NCBI GenBank assembly: GCA_963798915.1
Contig: CAWCVB010000014.1
Coordinates: 96,001-160,000 of the forward strand
Length of the DNA stretch: 64,000 nucleotides
From: an uncultured Gemmatimonadales bacterium
Lineage (GTDB): Bacteria > Gemmatimonadota > Gemmatimonadetes > Gemmatimonadales > GWC2-71-9
Direction of reading: 5' to 3'
The translations under genes and the position numbers were made by a program. The notes beneath the pieces are model-generated. The model saw only the letters and a program-made list of their open reading frames with translations, was not told the DNA's origin and did no database searches. Each line of letters begins with the position of its first letter. Position 1 is the first letter of the stretch. This document shows, piece by piece, positions 1 to 10,337 of the stretch.

Positions 1-2199
1 GTGCTGCCGCCCGAGCTGGCCGCGACGGTGAGCGGCGAACGATTTCGCCGCGAGATCCAGCTGGCCGCCCAGCTGCAGCACCCGCACATCGTGCCACTGC
101 TCAGCGCCGACGCGGGTGGCCGTCTGCTGTACTACGTCATGCCGTTCGTCGCGGGGGAGTCACTGCGCGAGCGGCTTCGGCGCGACGGCGCGCTCTCGAT
201 CGCCGATGCGTCAGGCATCTGGCGGGACCTGCTCGATGCGCTGGCGCACGCCCACGCCCGGGGCGTGGTCCATCGCGACGTCAAACCGGGCAACATCCTG
301 CTGAGCGGCCGCAATGCCCTGATCGCTGATTTCGGCATCGCCCGCGCGATCGAGGCTGCCGGAGAGGCGGACGTCACCGTTCCAGGCCTCGCGATCGGCA
401 CGCCGGCCTACATGGCCCCCGAGCAGATTGACGGCAGCTCCGCGGTCGATCACCGCGTGGACCTCTACGCCTCGGCCCTGGTCATGTACGAGATGGTCGA
501 GGGGCGACTGCCTTTCACCGGGGCCTCGCCGCGGGACGTGGCGCTGGCCCGTCTGACCCAGCCACCCCCTCCCATAACCCGGGCGGATTGCCCGCCCGAG
601 CTCGCGGCCATCGTGCTCCACTGCCTCGCCCGGGATCCCGAAGGCCGTCCCGCGAGCGCCGACGCGGTGCTGGCCGCGCTCGATCAGACGTCCGGGCTGG
701 CGGGTGCCGTCCCAGGCCGAAGGTCGTGGCGGCGCCTGACCACTGCGGGGCTCGCGGCGGTGTTGCTGGCGGCAACCGCGCTGGGAGCGCGATACCTGGG
801 GTGGGATCGTAACGATGCCGCTGTCGACAGCAGGCCCGCCCCGTCCCTCGCCGTTCTACCTCTGGCCAATCTCAGCCCCGAAGCCGGCGACGCCGCCCTG
901 GCCGACGGCATGACCGAGGAGCTGATTGCCGTCCTCAGCCAGGGCCGGACCCTGCGCGTTGTCTCGAGCACGTCGGTGCGCGCCCTCCAGAACCGGCAGC
1001 TCGAGGTGCGCCAGATCGCCGAAAGCCTGCGGGTATCACACGTGCTCGAGGGTGGGCTGCAGAAGGTCGGTTCGAAGCTGCGCATGCAGGTGCGCCTGGT
1101 GGATGCGCGGGACGGTTCCACCCGCTGGTCGGAAACGTACGACCGGGAGATGGGCGACATCTTTGCGATCGAGGATGACATCGCCCGCGCCGTCGCGGGT
1201 GAGCTCGATCTCCGGCTCGGCGGCGGCAGCAAGCCGCGGCCGTCTCATCCTGTCTCCACCTCCAGCGTCGTCGCCTACGAGTGGTATCTCCGCGGACGGG
1301 AGAATGCGCTGGTCCGCACGCACGAGGGCCTGCTCGAGGGCATCGGGTATCTCCAGCGCGCCATCGCCCTCGATTCCGGCTTCGCTGCCGCGCACGCCGC
1401 GCTGGTGTGGCTCTATATCAACCGGGCCGGGAGCATCCCCGGAGACCATCGGACCTGGTACCGTCGCGCGGAGGCCGAGGCACTCAAGGCCATCGCCCTC
1501 GACGACTCGCTGGCCGATGGCTACGCCGCCCTCGGGTGGGCCCGCATCTCCCTGGGACAGCCGGCAGCCGAGGCGGCACTCAACCGCGCAGTCAGCATCG
1601 ATCCTGCGGCGCACCGGGCGTTCGAGGGACTGGCGCGCTTCTACATGCTCATGCGCCGTCCGGCCGAGCAGCTGGCCGCGGCCCGGCGTGGACTGGCGCT
1701 CGACCCCTTCTCGACCGCGGCCATTCGCGAGATGGCGCTCGCGCTCAGCACCAACGGCCGCTGTGACGAAGCACTGGCGCTGCTCCGGCCGCTCAAGGAC
1801 CTGCACCCGCCCGCCGCCGTCGCCGGCGTCATCCGCGGGCAATGCTACGCCACGAAGCAGATGTGGCCGGAGGCGATCGCCGAGCTGCGCTGGGCCATGC
1901 GGACAGCCGATGCCCGGACCGCCCCCGGCCTCCTGGGCTACGTGCTCGCGCGGAGCGGCCGCCGTACTGAGGCGCAGGAGATGCTGTCGGACATGCTGGC
2001 AGGGCGTACGCAAAGTCACGGCGCCTTCGGCATCGCGCTCGTCTACGCCGGACTCCGGGACTACGACCGGGCGTTCGTCTGGCTCAGGAAGGCGGCGGCG
2101 GAAGGGTCGATCCGGGTCTACATCATGGATCCGCTCTTCCAGGATCTGCAGCGTGATCCGCGTTTCGAGGGAGTGGTAATGGCGGGCGGCGCTTCCTGA
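1..2199 (+). CDS. Hanks-type Ser/Thr protein kinase with TM helix, TolB-like domain and TPR repeats (5'-truncated by window)
   Basis: HRDVKPGN, DFG and GTPAYMAPE kinase motifs; hydrophobic segment; SLAVLPLANLS...ADGMTEELI TolB-like motif; helical TPR-like C-terminus. Confidence 0.92.
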   Translation: MLPPELAATVSGERFRREIQLAAQLQHPHIVPLLSADAGGRLLYYVMPFVAGESLRERLRRDGALSIADASGIWRDLLDALAHAHARGVVHRDVKPGNILLSGRNALIADFGIARAIEAAGEADVTVPGLAIGTPAYMAPEQIDGSSAVDHRVDLYASALVMYEMVEGRLPFTGASPRDVALARLTQPPPPITRADCPPELAAIVLHCLARDPEGRPASADAVLAALDQTSGLAGAVPGRRSWRRLTTAGLAAVLLAATALGARYLGWDRNDAAVDSRPAPSLAVLPLANLSPEAGDAALADGMTEELIAVLSQGRTLRVVSSTSVRALQNRQLEVRQIAESLRVSHVLEGGLQKVGSKLRMQVRLVDARDGSTRWSETYDREMGDIFAIEDDIARAVAGELDLRLGGGSKPRPSHPVSTSSVVAYEWYLRGRENALVRTHEGLLEGIGYLQRAIALDSGFAAAHAALVWLYINRAGSIPGDHRTWYRRAEAEALKAIALDDSLADGYAALGWARISLGQPAAEAALNRAVSIDPAAHRAFEGLARFYMLMRRPAEQLAAARRGLALDPFSTAAIREMALALSTNGRCDEALALLRPLKDLHPPAAVAGVIRGQCYATKQMWPEAIAELRWAMRTADARTAPGLLGYVLARSGRRTEAQEMLSDMLAGRTQSHGAFGIALVYAGLRDYDRAFVWLRKAAAEGSIRVYIMDPLFQDLQRDPRFEGVVMAGGAS

Positions 2200-2211
2200 A
2201 AGACGGAGGAG

Positions 2212-5200
2212 TCAGAACCGGAACCGCGCCGCCACCTGCAGCTGGAACGCCGACTCGGCCGTGAGCGTCTCCCACGGCGTGAAGCCGGGATCGAAGCGGA
2301 AGACCGGTTGCGCATTGCCCGCGGCATCGGTGCTCTCGCCGACCTGCTCCAGGATGCGAGGCCGCGCCAGGCGATAGCGGCCCCATCCGTCGCTCAGCAG
2401 GTTGAGCAGGTTGAAGGCATCCAGCTCCAGCTCGAGCACCTGCCGGCCGACCGGAATGCCCTGCCTGACGGAGGCGATGGTCGTGTGGGTCCACGGCTCG
2501 CGGCAGCTGTTGCGCGCCAGGATCCGTCCGCGCTGGCGGCGCAGGCAGGGCGTGGCGTCGATGAACTGGTCAAATGCAGCGGCCTGCTGGGCGGCGCTGA
2601 CCGTTTCGGGTGTGCCCGAGGCGTCCCGCGTGAAGGGCTGGAATCGAATTTCGTTGGTGTCGAGCGTGGCCTGCGGCACGTAGATCGGATCGTTGGCATT
2701 GGAGCCGTCCGCGTTCAGGTCGCCCCGCCGGCCAGCGCCGGTCGCGAGGTAGGTGAAGGGGCTCCCCGACTCTCCCACGTAGTAGAAGGCGAACTGGGTA
2801 GGCCAGCGCGTTCGCTGCACGGTCCAGGTGAGCGCCGCGACGATGCGATGCGGCAGATCATTGAGCGAGATGCCGAGGGTCGAATCGTCGTGCCGCCCGG
2901 AGACGGCTCGTGCGTCGGCCCACATCGCGATTCCCGTTGAATTCACCCGGCTGGGCGACTGCACGTCACGAGTCCGCGACCAGGTGTACGACAGACTGGC
3001 GCCGAGCCCATCGGCAAGGTCACGCTCGATCCTGCCCGCCAGCTGATACGAGTAGTTCCTCGACGTATTCCGGAGCTCGATGACCTCCGAGTAGTTCGAG
3101 CGCAGCGCGGGCGTCGCGATGCCGAGCGGATCGATCGTACCGTAGAGCACACGGCCGAAGCGATCCACCGACTGGGGGCCCTGGAGATTGAGGTTCACCC
3201 ACATGAAATCAGAGAGGTACCGGTTCACCAGCAGGTCCGCGCTCGCCAGCAGGCTGCCGGGAAGCTCCCGCTCGTATCCGAGCGACGTGCGGAGCGTCCG
3301 CGCCATCCGGAGGCCGGGATCGAGCAGGTCGACGTCGCCGAAGGGGCGCGCTGACAGCGGGTCACCCGTGGCGCACTGCTCGGGCGCCGCCTCGTAATTC
3401 GGCACGAAGGCCGGCGGCAGGCCCGCGTCGGTCGGGCGAAGGCCGCAGGACAGGACGCCGATTCCTTCGCCGTGATTCGAAAGGGCGGGCACGTACCAGG
3501 CGAGCGGGGGCCGCCCCGTGAAGATCCCGATGCCGCCGCGGACACGCTCGCGCCGCGCCGCCGAACCGTCCCAGGTGAATCCGAGCCGCGGGGAGAGCTC
3601 CATCCGCCGGCGCGGCATCTGATCGGTACGCCGGCCGAAGATGGAGTCAATCGAGGGGTTATATGGTGCGTGCCCCTCGACCGCGAGCAGCTCGGCGCGA
3701 AGGCCGGTCGTGAGCGCGAGCCGCTCGCCCAGACGCCACTCGTCGCCCAGGTAGGCGGTGTACTGGCCGCCTCGAAGCGGCCGGCTCTCGCTGCCGAAGT
3801 CCTTGCGCAGCTCGAATCGGACGGGCGTACCGGCCTCGAGCGCATCCAGACTGGCGAAGGTCCATGTGCCGTAGCCATTGAGGACGCCGCCGCGCAGGAC
3901 CCGAAACCGCTCCATCTGCACGCCGGCCACGAGCGCATGGTTCCCCGCCCACGGAAGACTGAGCTCGTCCCTCACGGTGAAGGAGCGTCCCCTGCCGAAG
4001 GGCCCCTGCGCCTGCTGCGCGCTGCCGGCGACGGCCACCACGTCGCCTCCCTCAGTTCCGGGGAGCGCGACCCGCACGAGCGGCTGCCGAACGTCCGGCA
4101 CCTGATTGGTGTGATCCCAGCTCAGTGAGGCGAGCAGCTCGTTGTGACCGCCCCGCTCCCGCCGGAGGTCGGTATGCACCTGTACTGCGGCAACATCGAC
4201 GCCGAGGTCAGTCGTGAACCGGTAGCTCGACAAAGCGAACGTATCCGTTGCGGCGCGCGAAAACTTCTGGCTGCGAGAGTGGGCGGAGGTGACGAACGCC
4301 GTGACTCGGCTGTTCCACGTCGGGAGCCAGGCATCCACGCGGCCAAAGAGATTGACGAGCGGCGTTCCGTTCTCCAGGTACGCGGCCGACCCCGGGGTCA
4401 ATCCGTACCGGTCCTGCAGGATGCTCTGCAGTCTCGCCACATCGGCATCACTCACCGGGACGGCTGGCCGCAGTCCCGCTGGCTGGCCCACATAAGATCC
4501 GGCGGCCGGCTCCGAGAGACGCTGGAACTCGGACGCAACGAAGAGTTGCACGCGATCCCTCACGATGGGGCCGCCGAGCGAAAAGCCCGCCTGGAGCCGG
4601 TCGTAGGGACTCGGGGCTGCGTCGATGCCGTCGCGTGTCAGCTGGTCGTTGCGCCAGTAGGCGAAGGCGGAACCGCGCAGGTCATTGGTGCCTGACTGGG
4701 TGACCGTATTGACCAGGGCGCCCGCGAAGCTTCCGTAGCGCACGTCGTACGGCGCCACGAGCACCTGATACTCCTTCACCGCATCGAGCGGAATCGACTT
4801 CCCGACGTTCGACGCCGCGGAGACACCCCCGTTCACGAACCGCTCACTGGCGCCGTTGATGAGAAAGCTGTTGAACCGGAAATTGGCCCCGCCGCCCGAC
4901 ACACCGGTCCGCCCGCCGCCGACCTTGGTAGACACGTAGGGCGCGAGGGCGACGAAGTCCTGGAAGTTCCGGTTCAGGGTGGGCAGTCGCCGCACCAGGG
5001 CTTCAGGGATCGTGGTGCCCGGACCGCCTCCGAGCGTCGATGCCGTGTCCCGCACCTCGATTGCCGGGAGCTCGACGACAGCCGGCTCGAGCACGAAGGC
5101 GATGCTGAGCGGCTCGCCCAGTGTCAGGTGCAGGGGGGCGCTCTGCTCGGGCCGAAATCCGATCTGCCGCACCTCGACGACGTACGGACCACCGGGCTCG

Positions 5201-5433
5201 AGCCCCTGGACCAGGAAGCGGCCGCCCACGACCTGGGCATGGACGACGAATCCGGTGGCAGTATTGATTACACGGACGCTTGCGCCGTCGAGGTCCTGAC
5301 CAGCGGGGCCCTGTACACTGCCGCGTATCCCGCCGGTCGTCAGTCCCTGTGCCGACGCGGATGATACGAGAGGAATGAACGAGAGCAGGAACAGCGCGGC
5401 CATCGCCGAGAATCTCATCTGACCATAGCCCAT
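2212..5433 (-). CDS. TonB-dependent outer-membrane receptor (Oar-like, N-terminal carboxypeptidase-regulatory-like domain)
   Basis: Signal peptide MRFSAMAALFLL; LPTLNRNF, AVKEYQV..YDVRYG..GALVNTVTQSGTN plug motifs; C-terminal FRF. Start set at ATG 5433 with GGAG upstream (5418 possible). Confidence 0.9.
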   Translation of the reverse strand: MGYGQMRFSAMAALFLLSFIPLVSSASAQGLTTGGIRGSVQGPAGQDLDGASVRVINTATGFVVHAQVVGGRFLVQGLEPGGPYVVEVRQIGFRPEQSAPLHLTLGEPLSIAFVLEPAVVELPAIEVRDTASTLGGGPGTTIPEALVRRLPTLNRNFQDFVALAPYVSTKVGGGRTGVSGGGANFRFNSFLINGASERFVNGGVSAASNVGKSIPLDAVKEYQVLVAPYDVRYGSFAGALVNTVTQSGTNDLRGSAFAYWRNDQLTRDGIDAAPSPYDRLQAGFSLGGPIVRDRVQLFVASEFQRLSEPAAGSYVGQPAGLRPAVPVSDADVARLQSILQDRYGLTPGSAAYLENGTPLVNLFGRVDAWLPTWNSRVTAFVTSAHSRSQKFSRAATDTFALSSYRFTTDLGVDVAAVQVHTDLRRERGGHNELLASLSWDHTNQVPDVRQPLVRVALPGTEGGDVVAVAGSAQQAQGPFGRGRSFTVRDELSLPWAGNHALVAGVQMERFRVLRGGVLNGYGTWTFASLDALEAGTPVRFELRKDFGSESRPLRGGQYTAYLGDEWRLGERLALTTGLRAELLAVEGHAPYNPSIDSIFGRRTDQMPRRRMELSPRLGFTWDGSAARRERVRGGIGIFTGRPPLAWYVPALSNHGEGIGVLSCGLRPTDAGLPPAFVPNYEAAPEQCATGDPLSARPFGDVDLLDPGLRMARTLRTSLGYERELPGSLLASADLLVNRYLSDFMWVNLNLQGPQSVDRFGRVLYGTIDPLGIATPALRSNYSEVIELRNTSRNYSYQLAGRIERDLADGLGASLSYTWSRTRDVQSPSRVNSTGIAMWADARAVSGRHDDSTLGISLNDLPHRIVAALTWTVQRTRWPTQFAFYYVGESGSPFTYLATGAGRRGDLNADGSNANDPIYVPQATLDTNEIRFQPFTRDASGTPETVSAAQQAAAFDQFIDATPCLRRQRGRILARNSCREPWTHTTIASVRQGIPVGRQVLELELDAFNLLNLLSDGWGRYRLARPRILEQVGESTDAAGNAQPVFRFDPGFTPWETLTAESAFQLQVAARFRF

Positions 5434-6286
5434 CGACGCTCCGCGCATCCACCTGATGGAGGCGCCGCAGCGGCGGACCGACCGCTGCGGCGCCAGTTCG
5501 TGCGGGACATCCGAAGCGGAGCCACGCTGCTCACCCCGCTCTTCCAAGCCTGCGACATCAGCCGGAAGATCGGCGACAAATGGCGCATCCAGTCTGAAGC
5601 GCGCCAGTATCATCTCACTCGGGGCCCATTCAGGCTGCTGCGCTGCCATGGGGTCGCACCTCCGCCGCTCCAGTCAGTCCGTCGCCCGGCAACATGCCTT
5701 CCGCGACCCGCGTCGCCTCACGGTGAATCACATGAAAGAGCTGCGGAACACTAAACCAGGACACCATGGTGTCGCCCGCCGTCCATGTATCAAGTGCGCG
5801 ATGGGCGTAGGTTGCGGGCCGACGTTCTGGATGCGGCGGCCATGTCACCGACAACGTAGGGGCGGAGTTGGTCGCGCGCCAGAACGGCCGGCCGGCCCAG
5901 CAGCTTCAGCCCCGGGTCAGGTGGCCGCTCATGTTGCGCTCGCGCCGGCGCTCGGGTCGCACCGAGCACACCCTTTCGCACGAAGCGGCGGTCGTCGACC
6001 TGGCGCAATAGTCTGGCGCAGTTCAACGCGCCCCGGTCCGACGCACGGCGGACAGGATGCCGCGCTTCGCCCTGGCAAGGGCCGCCCGCGCCGCATGATC
6101 AGCCGCCGCATTGTCCAGCGGCTCCCCGGTGATGAGCAGGCTCCCCCGGCGCAACGCGCGAGCTCAAGGGCAAGACCCGGTATTTCTGCAGTCAGGGGTG
6201 TGCCATTGCGTTCGAGGAGCATCCGCATCAGCATGGAGCTGAGCCATGAGCGCATCACTGATCACCCTGTCTCAGGAGCAGCAAGC

Positions 6287-6619
6287 ATGGTCTGCCGTAT
6301 CTGGCACGGCGTCGCGACCCCGGAACTCGCAGACGCCTACGAAGCGATTGTGCGGGGCCAAGTGATACCCGGTATCGAGGCGATGCAGATCCCGGGGTTT
6401 CGTCACATCGACCTGCTGCGCCGGGAGCGGGCAGACGACGTGGAATTCATGACGATCATGTGGTTGGACGACCTGGATGCGATCCGGGCATTTGTGGGCG
6501 AGGACTACGCGGTGAGCCACGTGCCGCCGGCAGCGCGTGCAGTGCTCAAGCAGTTCGACGAGCGAGCGACCCATTTCACGGTGCTTGATCGGAGGCCGCA
6601 GCCGCCCGCGATGACCTGA
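6287..6619 (+). CDS. Antibiotic biosynthesis monooxygenase (ABM)-like dimeric alpha/beta-barrel protein
   Basis: AGGAG RBS at 6274; MVCRIWHG...PGFRHIDLLRR...EFMTIMW...IRAFVGEDY pattern. Confidence 0.75.
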   Translation: MVCRIWHGVATPELADAYEAIVRGQVIPGIEAMQIPGFRHIDLLRRERADDVEFMTIMWLDDLDAIRAFVGEDYAVSHVPPAARAVLKQFDERATHFTVLDRRPQPPAMT

Positions 6620-6709
6620 CCTTCCCGTGCTGTCCGGGTATCTCTTTGAATCCATGCATCCTGTCTGTCGCCGGTTGCGGTGCTGTCACCTGGGAGGAAT
6701 CCAGCGAGC

Positions 6710-7987
6710 ATGAGTGCAACCCGCCTCGGCCTGCGCCAGAACGCAGCCCAGTTCTCGCTGCTGGTACTGGTGAACATGTTCGTCGGCGGGATGGTCGGCA
6801 TGGAGCGCAGTATCCTGCCCGCCCTCGCCGAGCAGGAGTTCCACCTGGCGGCCCGTACCGCCATCCTGTCGTTCATCGTAGTCTTCGGTATCACGAAGGC
6901 ACTCACCAATTACTTCGCTGGCCGCTTCGCGGATCGCTACGGCCGCCGGATCATCCTGGTGGTCGGCTGGCTGGTGGCGGCCCCGGTGCCGTTCGCCCTG
7001 ATGTGGGCACCCTCGTGGTCGTGGATCCTCGCCGCCAACGTGGCGCTGGGGGTGAGCCAGGGACTCACCTGGTCCATGACGGTCATCATGAAGGTCGACC
7101 TCGCCGGTCCATCCCGGCGGGGACTGGCCATGGGGCTCAACGAGTTTGCCGGCTACTTCGCGGTGGGACTTGCGGCGCTCGGCACTGGCTACATCGCAGC
7201 ACGCCATGGTCTCCGGCCAGAGCCCTTCTATCTCGGCGTCGCATTCGTCGCCGCCGGACTTGGCCTTTCCGTATTGCTGGTTCGCGAGACCAGGCATCAC
7301 GCCGCTGCCGAATCGCGCCTGGTCGGTGATCTCGAAACGGCATCCATTCCCACGCCGCGCGACGTATTCTGGAGGACGTCGTTGCTCGATCGGAACCTCT
7401 CGAGCATCAGCCAGGCAGGGCTGGTCAACAACCTCAATGACGGCATGGCCTGGGGTCTCTTTCCCCTCATCTTTGCCTCCGCCGGCATGTCGCTCGAGCA
7501 GATCGGCACGCTGGCCGCCATCTACCCCGCGGTGTGGGGCATCGGCCAGCTCGTTACCGGCGCCTGGTCGGATCGTATCGGCCGGAAGGGCTTGATCGTT
7601 GCCGGAATGTGGGTACAGGCCGCGGGAATCGGAGTCATCGCGCTCGCACGAAGTTTCCTCGGGTTTGCAGCGGGCGCGGTGCTGCTGGGCTGCGGGACGG
7701 CGATGGTCTACCCGACGCTGCTGGCGGCCATCGGTGATGTCGCCCATCCCGCCTGGCGCGCGTCGTCGGTGGGGGTGTACCGGCTCTGGCGTGACCTGGG
7801 CTATGCGGTGGGGGCAGTTCTGGCCGGTACGATGGCGGATCTGTACGGCCTCGCGACGGCGACATGGACCATCGGGGCGCTGACGTTCGCTTCCGGCGTT
7901 GTCGTCGTCCTGCGCATGCGCGAGACGCACGCGGGCCGGTACCGGGACACGCTGCCGCCCTCGGCGAGGATGATCATGGAGGACTGA
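6710..7987 (+). CDS. MFS transporter
   Basis: About 12 hydrophobic helices; motif A copies GRFADRYGRR and GAWSDRIGRK; GGAGG RBS. Confidence 0.9.
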   Translation: MSATRLGLRQNAAQFSLLVLVNMFVGGMVGMERSILPALAEQEFHLAARTAILSFIVVFGITKALTNYFAGRFADRYGRRIILVVGWLVAAPVPFALMWAPSWSWILAANVALGVSQGLTWSMTVIMKVDLAGPSRRGLAMGLNEFAGYFAVGLAALGTGYIAARHGLRPEPFYLGVAFVAAGLGLSVLLVRETRHHAAAESRLVGDLETASIPTPRDVFWRTSLLDRNLSSISQAGLVNNLNDGMAWGLFPLIFASAGMSLEQIGTLAAIYPAVWGIGQLVTGAWSDRIGRKGLIVAGMWVQAAGIGVIALARSFLGFAAGAVLLGCGTAMVYPTLLAAIGDVAHPAWRASSVGVYRLWRDLGYAVGAVLAGTMADLYGLATATWTIGALTFASGVVVVLRMRETHAGRYRDTLPPSARMIMED

Positions 7988-8005
7988 CGCGGCGCCGGCA
8001 TCTGC

Positions 8006-8677
8006 TCACTCCACTTCCAGTGCCCGCCACATATACCAGCTTGCCATGCTGCGGTAGGGCCGCCAGCACTCGCCGTGCGCGAGCAGCGTCTTCGGCTTGG
8101 GAAGTTTCCGGAGGCCGTACGTCGCCGCGAAGCCCTTCTGCACGCCGAGGTCTCCGCAGGGCAGCACGTCGGGCCGGCCCAGCCGGAACATCAGCAGCAT
8201 CTCCACCGTCCACACGCCGATGCCGCGCACGGCTGTCAGCCGCTCGATGAGTTCTTCGTCGGGCATGCGGCGCGCACGCGCCAGCTTGGGCACGGTACCG
8301 TCGAGGACCTTGGCGGAGAGGTCCCGCAAGGCCAGCACCTTGTTGCGTGAGAGGCCGGCGCTTCGCAACGGCGCATCCTCGGTCTCGAGCACGGCCTGCG
8401 GGGCGGGGAAGCGCCGTGGCCGATACAACTTGACGAACCGGCCGAAGATCGTCGCCGCTGCCTTGCCCGACAGCTGCTGGTAGACGATCGATTCGGCGAG
8501 GGCGTGATAGATGCTCTGGGTCTTGACCGGCGTCAGCGCAAAGGGAACCGAGCGCCGCATCAGCGCCGCGAGCACAGGATCCTGGCGCGCCAGGTGTCGC
8601 CGCGCGGCGCGGGGATCGTACTCGAGTGCACCGCTGCCAACGCGGCGACTCCGGTCTCCGGGGACAAAAGCAGGCAT
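8006..8677 (-). CDS. alkA: DNA-3-methyladenine glycosylase II (AlkA/HhH-GPD family)
   Basis: SIVYQQLSGKAA, HhH motif LTAVRGIGVWTVEM, DVLPCGDLG, WRPYRS; start uncertain. Confidence 0.85.
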   Translation of the reverse strand: MPAFVPGDRSRRVGSGALEYDPRAARRHLARQDPVLAALMRRSVPFALTPVKTQSIYHALAESIVYQQLSGKAAATIFGRFVKLYRPRRFPAPQAVLETEDAPLRSAGLSRNKVLALRDLSAKVLDGTVPKLARARRMPDEELIERLTAVRGIGVWTVEMLLMFRLGRPDVLPCGDLGVQKGFAATYGLRKLPKPKTLLAHGECWRPYRSMASWYMWRALEVE

Positions 8678-8700
8678 GGGTGTTCCGGTTGTGGGTTGCA

Positions 8701-8930
8701 GATCGAGGGTCGCGGGTCGAGGGTCACGGGTCGCGGGTCGACCAAGCCTGCCCTCATGTCGTTCCGTGAACTTCCGCGTTCGCGGGGATGACGGGGATCC
8801 ATGAGCGGTCGCGCGTGGTGAATCGTCATGCCCGACGCCCTCATGGACCCCCGCTTTCGCGGCGGTGACGATCCGGCGAGCGTTCGGCCCGCCCATCCCG
8901 CCCATCCCGCCCATCCCGCCCATCCCGCCC
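8701..8930. repeat. Composite intergenic repeat: GGGTCRN 7-mer run, two REP-like palindromes, 4x GCCCATCCC 9-mer
   Basis: 7-mers at ~8707-8741; TGAACTTCCGCGTTCGCGGGGATGACG (8767-8793); TGGACCCCCGCTTTCGCGGCGGTGACG (8844-8870); 9-mers at 8891-8926. Confidence 0.8.
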
Positions 8931-8942
8931 TATCTTCCACCC

Positions 8943-10337
8943 ATGACACCCGACGAATTTCGCGCGCACGCGCACCAGCTGGTGGACTGGATGGCCGACT
9001 ATCTTCGCGACGTCGGCTCGCTTCCGGTCACGCCCGATGTCCAGCCCGGCCAGATTCGTTCGTTGCTGCCGTCGGCGCCGCCGGAGCAGGGGGAGGCCTT
9101 CGCCCGGATCTTCCAGGATTTTCAGCACCTGATCGTACCCGGAATGACGCACTGGAACCATCCCGGCTGGTTTGCCTACTTCCCGGCCAACAGCAGTCCG
9201 CCCAGCATCCTCGCGGAAATGTTGACGGCCACCTTGGGCGCGCAGTGCATGTCCTGGAGCACCTCGCCAGCTGCGACGGAGCTGGAGCAGGTGACGCTGG
9301 ACTGGCTCCGCCAGCTCTGTGGGTTGCCCGAGACCTTCACCGGCGTCATCCAGGACACCGCCTCCACCGCCACCCTCGTTGCGATCATCTCGGCCCGGGA
9401 GCGCGCCCGCGCGCGGGCGGGCAACGCGCCGTTCACCGTGTATGCCTCGGGCGAGGCCCATTCATCGGTGGCGAAGTCGGTGCGGCTCGCCGGGCTGGGG
9501 GACGAGGCGCTCCGGCAGGTACCAGTGGACGCTGCGTTCGCCATGGATCCGGCCGCGCTTCAGGCCATGATTCGCGACGACCGATCGCGCGGGCTGGAGC
9601 CAGCCTGCATAGTTGCCACAGTGGGCACGACCTCCTCCACGGCGGTGGATCCGCTGACGGCCATCGGCGCCGTCGCCGAGGCTGAGGGGATCTGGTTGCA
9701 TGTGGACGCGGCGTACGCCGGGAGCGCCGCGCTGCTGCCGGAATGCCGGCCGTACTTTGCCGGGCTCGAGCGTGCCGACAGCTATGTCTTCAATCCTCAC
9801 AAGTGGCTGCTGGTGAACTTTGACTGCAGCGCCTACTACGTGCGAGACGTCCCGGCCCTGCTCCAGGCCTGCAGCATTTCGCCCGAGTACCTTCGCACCG
9901 CCTACGATGCCGAGGTCGTAAACTATCGCGACTGGGGCATCCAGCTTGGCCGGCGCTTCCGAGCGCTCAAGCTCTGGTTCATGCTCCGCAGCTATGGCGC
10001 CGACGGCGTGCGCGACATGCTGCGGCGACATCTTGGGATGGCGCGCCGGTTCCGCGAGTGGCTCGAGCAGGAACCCGCCTTCGAGGTCATGGCGCCATCC
10101 CCCTTCGGACTGGTGTGCTTCCGGCATCGTCCGCCTGGGCTGGAAGACGGCCCCGCGCTCGATCACCACAATGAACGGCTGCTCACCCGCATCAACGCCG
10201 CCCGCCAGGTCCACCTCACCCATACCCGGCTGGCCGGCAATTTTGCAATCCGCATGGCCATCGGTCAGTGGCAGACCGGGGATCGCGACGTTGCCCTGGC
10301 CTGGCAGCTCATTACCGAAGCTGCATCGACGGCTTGA
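8943..10337 (+). CDS. PLP-dependent group II decarboxylase (aromatic-L-amino-acid decarboxylase-like)
   Basis: MTPDEFR N-terminus, PGMTHWNHP, SPAATELE, HVDAAYAG, NPHKW (PLP Lys), GRRFRALKLW. Confidence 0.9.
   Translation: MTPDEFRAHAHQLVDWMADYLRDVGSLPVTPDVQPGQIRSLLPSAPPEQGEAFARIFQDFQHLIVPGMTHWNHPGWFAYFPANSSPPSILAEMLTATLGAQCMSWSTSPAATELEQVTLDWLRQLCGLPETFTGVIQDTASTATLVAIISARERARARAGNAPFTVYASGEAHSSVAKSVRLAGLGDEALRQVPVDAAFAMDPAALQAMIRDDRSRGLEPACIVATVGTTSSTAVDPLTAIGAVAEAEGIWLHVDAAYAGSAALLPECRPYFAGLERADSYVFNPHKWLLVNFDCSAYYVRDVPALLQACSISPEYLRTAYDAEVVNYRDWGIQLGRRFRALKLWFMLRSYGADGVRDMLRRHLGMARRFREWLEQEPAFEVMAPSPFGLVCFRHRPPGLEDGPALDHHNERLLTRINAARQVHLTHTRLAGNFAIRMAIGQWQTGDRDVALAWQLITEAASTA

Noticed and set aside
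5745..5790. ACACTAAACC resembling the start of a c-AMP-GMP (GEMM-Ib) riboswitch
   Set aside because: No P2 GNRA hairpin or downstream AAAGCC segment follows
5434..6286. Coding potential in this gap (5456-6619 extension, 5929-6258, TonB receptor extension to 5649)
   Set aside because: Arg/Pro/Ala-rich translations without motifs or SD; better starts exist at 5433 and 6287
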